Positions 52,556 to 60,000 of a stretch of DNA of 60,000 bases are shown here, one piece after another (position 1 is the first letter of the stretch; every line of letters begins with the position of its first letter). Origin of the DNA: Schmidtea polychroa (taxonomy: Eukaryota); assembly GCA_044892525.1 (NCBI GenBank), contig CM097885.1:19594001-19654000 (forward strand), in the 5' to 3' direction. Under the pieces are notes generated by a model, which was not told the DNA's origin, searched no databases, and saw only the letters and a program-made list of their open reading frames with translations. Both the position numbers and the translations under genes were made by a program.

Positions 52556-52782
52556 ATTTCATAAGGGATCAGTGTCAATCTTATTATACCAAAAATAAAA
52601 ATCACGTAAACATAAGTAAAAATGTTACTACAAGAAGTACCCATTGACCATGCTTCACACTAACTATCTACTCCTAAAGTACCGTTTTTAGGCATATACA
52701 GCATACGCGACCATGTTGGGCCACGAAAATATAGGAGGTCCATCGCAGGTCACACAAAAAAGATCAGAAAAAAATTCAATTT

Positions 52783-53286
52783 TAGACCATTCATTTAAAA
52801 CTTCCACACAAAAAAGGGAAATATTTGATCTCCCCCAGTCCACTTACGCCCGGACCTCCCCCTCGGAACATCCAGAAAAATATTGGACTTTTTCCCAACT
52901 TTAATATAAAAATCGCTTGACGCATCACACAATAATTTTGAGAATACATATCAGAAACTGGAATTAATGAGCCACTTTCGATCTGTGATCATTGCGCCAA
53001 GGAGATACCGGGGTCTCCATGATGTCTCAGCCGTTCAATGGCAATTAATTAAAAGGTTTTTGCACACTGGATCTTTAATTGCTGTTTCAACAAGAATAAA
53101 ACGACCTATAAAGGATTTAAAAACTTTTATTTACAATATCAAACGAATTTACAAATGAATTGTAACTTTTGGAAATACTTCATCTGTGAGCGTCCAATTT
53201 GGCAGGACCCCCACCAACCCGCGGACATATTTTCCACCTTTGGACTCCACCCCCCATCAGTGCGAACGTCTTAAATGGATGACTCC
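52783..53286. mobile_element. Degenerate PIF/Harbinger-like MITE
   Basis: Imperfect TIR GACCATTCATTTAAAACTTCC / GAACGTCTTAAATGGATGACTC with C-rich subterminal tracts. Confidence 0.4.
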
Positions 53287-53749
53287 TTTTTAAAAATTAT
53301 TAAATAAACAAATTTATAAAAATTTAAAATTTAATTTCCGTACTTTAGTACTTTTCCGATTAAACAGATTGATCAGATTAACCAGATTGAATTTTTTCTG
53401 ACCTTTTTTACAATATGAGACCCCATAAATAAGGTTGCGTTGCCCACCACAATTCTAAACACGGCTCTGCTGAATTCTCCTCAGTTTTGTTCATCACCAC
53501 ATTCTTTGAGCGGAGTTATGTTGTTTTGTTTTTAGCCTTGGGGACGCCTCGATGTCGTCTTCTCGACGACGAAACGTGCATTAACCATAGGCTATTTATT
53601 ATTGTTATTATTACTAAACGTCATTATTTTATTGTTATTTCTAGCATTGCATTAGTGATATTGATCCTGAAAAATGCCTAATAATACGTAGTTATAAAGT
53701 TTAGTATTATAACTATTCACTAAGATCCAATTCAATTTTCTATCCACGC

Positions 53750-53900
53750 GGTCCTTTTTACAGGGGTCGTTTTTGCCAAGGGCCTTTTGTCAGATGCGCT
53801 TTTGCCTGGGGCTTTTATTTCGGGGGCCGTTTTGTCAGATGCCCTTATGCCGGGGCCTTTTTGTCGGGAGCCGTTTTGCCAAGGGTTCTTTTGATGGGGT
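53750..53900 (+). repeat. Degenerate 15-bp GC-rich tandem repeat, about 10 copies
   Basis: Units of the type GGGCCTTTTGTCAGA / GGCCGTTTTGTCAGA. Confidence 0.8.
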
Positions 53901-54234
53901 ACCATTAAAAACATAATTAATGTTGTTTTTTGGATCATTATTATTTGTAGAATTTATTGATTTTGCGTTATCAAACGATTATCTTAAATTTAAAAACATC
54001 AAGTAACAAAATTTTACCATTTATTATTTGTTGATTTTTAATATATCTTTGATTTGAAAGATTTTATTTTGAATAGAAAATAATGATTATTTTGAAGATG
54101 TTTACTGTTTGCCATTGACATCTGTTATTGTCTTACAAATTGTTATATCGTGGTAAATAAACTTTGTACATAATCTATACAACTATGAATTAATAATAAA
54201 ATATATTTTTCAATTTTGTTTAATTCATCACAAT

Positions 54235-54684
54235 CAGTGCTTTTTTCTGATAGAATGCTCCGGAACGGCGTTCCGGCACCTTTTTGGCTGAATGATTTTA
54301 AAAAATTGACATGTTTTGGTTGTTTGTCATATTTCTATTTCTGACATTTCAAATAGTCAATTACAATCAAATGAAAAGTAGTAGTCGTACACCAAAGGGA
54401 GTGAATCATAACTCCGTGCTTCCTATGTGTTATTACTATTATATGAAACACGCTCACGGTAAATTCAATTTGCTACAAACAACTTTACGATTTCATTTTT
54501 CTTTACATTTTTTCTACATTATAAAATTTATCGGTAATAAGTTACTAATAACTAATAAGTGTATATTTTGTGTCCTGCATAATTATTTTATTTATTAGCT
54601 AATTTCAGCGTCATTTTTTTGCATATAAAGTACTGATAGTACAGATACGTTCCGGTAACATTTTTTTTCAGAAAAAAAGCACTG
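54235..54684. mobile_element. hAT-type MITE
   Basis: TIR CAGTGCTTTTTTCTGA / TCAGAAAAAAAGCACTG with 8-bp TSD ATCACAAT/ATCATAAT and CGTTCCGG subterminal motifs. Confidence 0.85.
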
Positions 54685-57423
54685 ATCATAATATAAAGAT
54701 TATGAAAGTTTATATTTAAAAAAAATTTATGTTGATTTGATTTGGCTAAATTTGAATAATTATTTTGTTATTGAATAGTGTCAACTTGTCTCTGAATATA
54801 CCAAGTAATATTTCTTTTATTTGTTGAAGTTTAAAAAAAATATATTTGTGAGATTTATTTTAGGGAAAATGGAAAAAATAACACCCAATTTTTCAAAAAT
54901 GAAAAAAATGACATCCAAAAGTTCCTTTTATTTTATTCAACATTTTCTAGAATTTCCCGTAATCTATCACATCTTTTTTCCAAGTTTCAGAAAAGTTCAA
55001 ATTGGAATTTAGTCAAATAAAATTTGATTTACATTACTCCCTATGCTACTCTCCTTAGATATTTCTAGATTGCGTATTTATATAATTAAAAGTTCCTGAA
55101 ATAAGTGATGTTGCTGATAATTTTTTCATTGTTGTATTTTTTATTCCAGAGTTGTTGTGCAATGTGTTTGTATCTTATTTTTCACACCAAAATTATTTTT
55201 CTGTCTTTCTTTAGTAAATGCGCTTAATTTATGCCGGTCTCCCAAAATTAGTTAATTTTTCTCTAAATTGCGGACGCATTGAAGGGTTATTCGATATGAC
55301 TCAATGTAAGACGTCGACTAGAGATTATCGTCAATTAAGACAAGTACAACCTCTCAAGAGTGCCAAGCATAATTATTAATGCAACCCCACACATACCTGT
55401 GACACAGTGCACGTTGGTATTGTGTCCAGGGCCTAAATGCCAAGAGGAAAATGAGCTCTTTTTTTCGGACTGTTTTCCAAGTGTATTCATAAGTGTTGGA
55501 TGATGAAGGTAGGCACATCACCACATTCAATCTCAACAAGTATTATAGGACAGGGCCAAAAATATAGGGTCAATGTGTACGCCGAAGAGCGTAGATAGAT
55601 AGACAGTTCAATCAACCCAATTGCAGGCAACCCAATTCAATCCAAAAACAATCCAGTAATCCGAAAAGTGACTAAACATTATCGTCGAACAATTTTATCT
55701 TTTATTCCAATTGACAATTTGTGTAAATATTATTGACTAAACAATCTGTGCATATTTTATCTTTTATTATTTATGTAGAATGCTGTATGATCAATATTTT
55801 ATCGGGTGTATGTATTTAATAGATTTTATTAGTTAACCTTTTAATATAATCGTATACAAGGGAAAAATATTTTAATAATTTTTAATTCGATATTTAATAA
55901 CAATAAATTTTAATTAATTTTAAATTCGATATTTTCTAATAACGATTTCTTTAATAAACAGCTGAAAAATTTTATTCATAAACAGCTGAAAAAATTTTTA
56001 GAATTAATAAGTGTCTTAAAAACACTTGAAATAAAATAGAAAACTCAAAAATACTAATTATTTAAATTATAAGTATGAAAATAAAACTCAAAAATAATAA
56101 TTAATTAAATTATAAGTATTATTAAAATATGCAAATAAAATATTAAATTAATTCTTGAAATAACAGCTGCCCTAAAAATTTGTATAAATAGCGACAAAAA
56201 ATTAGTTTTAGTCGCCCAAAAATTTCAGCGAAAAACTCTTATTCAAAGGTTAATCCTTAGAATAGCTCAATACCCGAATCAGCACAAAAAGATTCACATA
56301 TAGACTAAACATACTAAGGTACAACACGCATTACACAACATATAACAATACACATATAATTTTTACAAGCATTTCAGAAAAAGATATTGAAAAAGAATTG
56401 TCAAAGCATTGCAAATTTTTTATATTTGGTAATTGTTGATTATAATAAATCTTAATACATATATTTGTCTTTGTTTTGATATATATATATATATATATAT
56501 ATATAGGAACCAGTAAGTTGAGTGTTCCCGAATATCGAGACCTCAACATAAGGACTGGTTGTATGTCTTACGTCTTGCATGTCGATCAGTAATTGCTGAG
56601 TCGTGGTAACAAAAAGTCGAATTTTCCTGAACCGAATGGTAAAATAATTTACTAAGACAAAATCAAAAGAAATCGTGAACCCAATGACAGAGACTAATTT
56701 TACATTTAGTACACTAGAAACACTACTATGCACAATCTTTACACTAAGTTCATCCATTTTAAAGTCTTCCTTGTTAATATTAGCCATAATCAGGGGTGGT
56801 CGAGCTGGAGGTTTAGAGACGATGAGTGTTGGTAGAAACGGACTTTGGCCCTTTGGCGGCAGAGACGTCTTGATTTTGTCGCCTTGTTCTTCGTGGCATC
56901 GGTAGTTAAGTTCATCGGCGTCAGCATAACGGCCACTTAAATATTTTGTAAAATGAACAAATGAGAAATTTCAATGTATTGAAAAGAATTTTACAATGTT
57001 GAAGACTACTAGTTTAATTTTGTTTAAATTCAAGGATTTGTTTAAATACTGGATTGAGACTTGAATAGCAGATTTTGAAATAGAATCCCTGAAGAAGTGT
57101 CACTGATATCACGCATAATACAAAACCATGTATAGTTATGTTATATGGCAGTGGGAAACGGAGGAAGACAACAAAAATTACAACATGTTTTTCTTGTTTG
57201 CAACAATTTGACTGGTGTCTTGGATTTCTTTTGGATATAATAAATCTTAAATTTGAGTGATTTTATCAAATTATGAAAAGGGAAATATGTAGGCTTGGCT
57301 GGCTAATTAAAATGAAAGAAATAATTTATACCGATAAGTTATTGACTGAATACATGTTATTAAGTAAGAGAAAAAATCAAATGCCTTTAGTTTTGAAGTT
57401 CCTGCTAAGTTTTGATATCATAT

Positions 57424-58176
57424 TAGTGGTGGATTGTAAGCAACCGGTGTACCGGTTTACCGGTAAATTGGAAAAAAATCACTCGATAAATTTACCGGTA
57501 AATTCGGTAAATTAAAAATTCTTGCTAGAAATTTTTATGTGTAAAATATCGTATTTATAAATACCTAAAAGTAAGAGTTACGAGTCCTTTACTCGATTTA
57601 CAAAAAGTTATAATTTTTATAAATAAATTACTTTATATTACACATTTTCTAAGTTAATTTAATTGTATTTTGTGCGAGTTTTGAAAGGTAAGGTAAGTTT
57701 TTATTTTACTATTATGCTTTTACATTTGATATTAACGTGCCACTTACCAAATCGAGTAACTCCATATTCTGCAATATTTGACAGACCCTAATTTGGTTTA
57801 GTATAGATTGCTTTTTAAATAATTTAAGTTTTTTGAGGAGCTATTTTTTAAAAAATGTTAATAAATAGAAAATTAATAGTTAATAAAGCTATTTCTGTGT
57901 CATTATTATTTTTTTTACTTTATTTTTATTTGTTTCTAAAATATTATTATAGTTTGTTTAGATTTATAATAATACATTAATCTTTATATTTTTCATATTT
58001 TATATTTTTGAAATAAAAATCGTGAAATGGAAATTTAAACTTGTTTTTTTTTGTCAACTTTATTTTATTTTTTAGGAAAAAAAAAATTTTCCGGTAATTT
58101 CCCGGTAAACCGGTAATTTTATTTTCATTTACCGATATACCGGTAAATGAAAAAATCGGTAAATTTACAATCCCTA
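57424..58176. mobile_element. hAT (Ac-like) non-autonomous element, degenerate left end
   Basis: GGATTGTAA / TTACAATCCCTA ends with clusters of TACCGGTA subterminal repeats at both ends. TSD not seen. Confidence 0.6.
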
Positions 58177-58621
58177 GTCTCTACAGTGAATCTTTAATCT
58201 GTCCGTTCGTACTCTGTGGTCTTCCACCTGTTTATTTAATTCTCACAAGTCCGTCCTGAAGTCCTCAATGATTCGTTCCATTACAATTAATAATAATTAC
58301 ATTTAACAGGAATACCAGACTAAGTTAAGTGAAATAATTTATTTTCCTTGGAAATTAAGAAATCATAGTTTCAGAAAGTCTGTATGTTCCTCCTTAGTTT
58401 ACTTTACCCCACATAAGTCTGAAGAATCGGGAGTATTATTGTAATTAGCGTGTGTATTTAAAAATTATAAATAGCAAAATAACATGAAAACAGGAGGTAC
58501 TTACGTTGCTATTACACGAGACACTTTTTATTTTCTCATTTTAACTATATATTTACTTTGTTCAACGAGAATCGACTTTCGTGGTCCCGCGAACTAGAAT
58601 TTGAGTAGCACTAACTTACTA

Positions 58622-58755
58622 TACCTAATCAGATGTACCTAATCAGATGTACCTAATCAGATGTACCAAATCAGATGTACCCAATTAGATGTAGCCAATC
58701 AGATGCACCCAATCAGATTCACCCAATCAGATTCACCCAATCAGATATATCTAAT
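58622..58755 (+). repeat. 14-bp tandem repeat, about 9 copies, containing CCAATCAG
   Basis: TACCTAATCAGATG grading into CACCCAATCAGATT. Confidence 0.9.
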
Positions 58756-59026
58756 TATCCCGAATTTCATGCTAATCGAATGCATGTAATTATTTAATTT
58801 GCTTGTAAAAAGTTCATTATTATTTTCAATTAATTAAATAATATTGATTTTGATTGGATGAATTTGTAATTTCGAACATTATGTAATGTTTTTTTTTCAT
58901 TCACACATCTCAACCAGACAAATATATCTATAAAAAATATAAAAATATATATATATACAACTTTCTTAGTCGTTTGACATTTTTGAAAGATTTTTATTAA
59001 TTTATTTTTAATTTTAAGTGATATTT

Positions 59027-60000
59027 ATGGACGATATTTTACCAATTCTAAAATACTCTTCTTATGGCATTGGAGAAGCTCTGGAAATAGTTTACAAGTC
59101 TTTAAATATTGAATCGGAGAAAAGAAATTGTACATATGTATTGCAAAATCGCGATACTTTCGAAATAGGTCCATCAATTCTGTTGGTATTGTCCATTGTA
59201 ATATTTGAGTTCATTTCCAAGAGGGTATCATTTACAGTAAAGAATTGCAATGGCTTACCGGGTTTGGCAATACCGATGGATATACTAAATAGTAAAGAAA
59301 ATATATTCGAATATATTGTGGCATTTTTGTCTTTATCAGAAGATATCTATCAGAGTATTTTTGTACTTGATGATGAATACCCGTCAATAACACCAATTGA
59401 AAGGTATCTATTAAAATTAGTTTTCATCATGTATTATTCTGTATCATCTTATCCAATATTCACGAGCATTGGTAGCAAGCATCTCGTGGGGTACACAATC
59501 GGACTGATATATTCTTTTTGTTTGTTTATTTATTATATTTTAGATGATTACTCAGATGTGAATTGTATTAAAGGCACCGTGATTATTCCTAGGCTATTAA
59601 TTTATATGATTTGCACAATTATTAATTTATCCTTGGTTTTGATATTTGTGAGGAAGATATTCAAGCATATCAAAGTAAACGGGTTGAATAACTTCGAGAA
59701 ATCAGAGTTTACACAAAGTATCGACGAAGACAGTAGACAATTTGTCAAGGATCTGCTAAACAGAAAGAATCGAAATGAAAACGACATAAAAAAATTATCA
59801 GAGATAAAAAAATACAATAAAGTTAATACGGAACTTTCTCAAAGAATTTACATAAAGATATCCGGATTAAGGATTCCTCCTTTGCTTGGGATTGGAATAT
59901 CTGTGGGATTGTATTTTGCTTATCGAATCTTCATGGATCAGATCATTGCATTTACCCCTCAAGGTTGGGATATTATTTATTTGATAAATGATAGGTTGTC
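59027..60000 (+). CDS. STRA6-like: STRA6/STRA6-like paralogue 4, 5' part (runs off the window)
   Basis: ATG at 59027: MDDILPILKY...KRNCT...KRVSF...GLPGLAIPMD...AFLSLSEDIYQ...RIPPLLGIGISVG...RIFMDQII. Colinear with paralogue 1, and absent from the ORF track, consistent with having no stop in the window. Confidence 0.88.
   Translation, partial: MDDILPILKYSSYGIGEALEIVYKSLNIESEKRNCTYVLQNRDTFEIGPSILLVLSIVIFEFISKRVSFTVKNCNGLPGLAIPMDILNSKENIFEYIVAFLSLSEDIYQSIFVLDDEYPSITPIERYLLKLVFIMYYSVSSYPIFTSIGSKHLVGYTIGLIYSFCLFIYYILDDYSDVNCIKGTVIIPRLLIYMICTIINLSLVLIFVRKIFKHIKVNGLNNFEKSEFTQSIDEDSRQFVKDLLNRKNRNENDIKKLSEIKKYNKVNTELSQRIYIKISGLRIPPLLGIGISVGLYFAYRIFMDQIIAFTPQGWDIIYLINDRL

Noticed and set aside
55260..56930. 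GC-richer patches with short ORFs (possible retroelement or gene debris, e.g. LDDEGRHITTF)
   Set aside because: Similarity is too weak to assign by eye.

Overview
This is AT-rich eukaryotic (metazoan, probably invertebrate) genomic DNA dense in nested transposons. The organism cannot be named from sequence alone; introns of about 45 nt and ATT microsatellites are seen. Host genes: four intronless STRA6/STRA6-like membrane-receptor paralogues (three complete, one running off the right edge) with patchy, gene-conversion-like identity. The most striking structure is a 13.6-kb element (26576-40176) with AGTAG...CTACT termini and a perfect 6-bp target-site duplication (GATGTT), which are Maverick/Polinton-type ends. 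It has giant 5-6 kb inverted arms, no replication, integrase or capsid genes, and two mirror-image copies of a spliced IAP-type RING gene. Other AGTAG-type termini in the window sit next to duplicated or captured DNA: a GPAT3/4 + NHERF-PDZ chimera with a 6-bp duplication, a CSTF3 fragment, and a local 225-bp duplication. This suggests Maverick-linked gene capture. Also present: an intact young hAT transposon, a decayed Gypsy element, three related solo LTRs, mariner, Merlin and Maverick pPolB remnants, several MITEs, and an old inverted duplication that supplies empty-site controls for four insertions. All family calls come from motif recognition by eye, not database searches.
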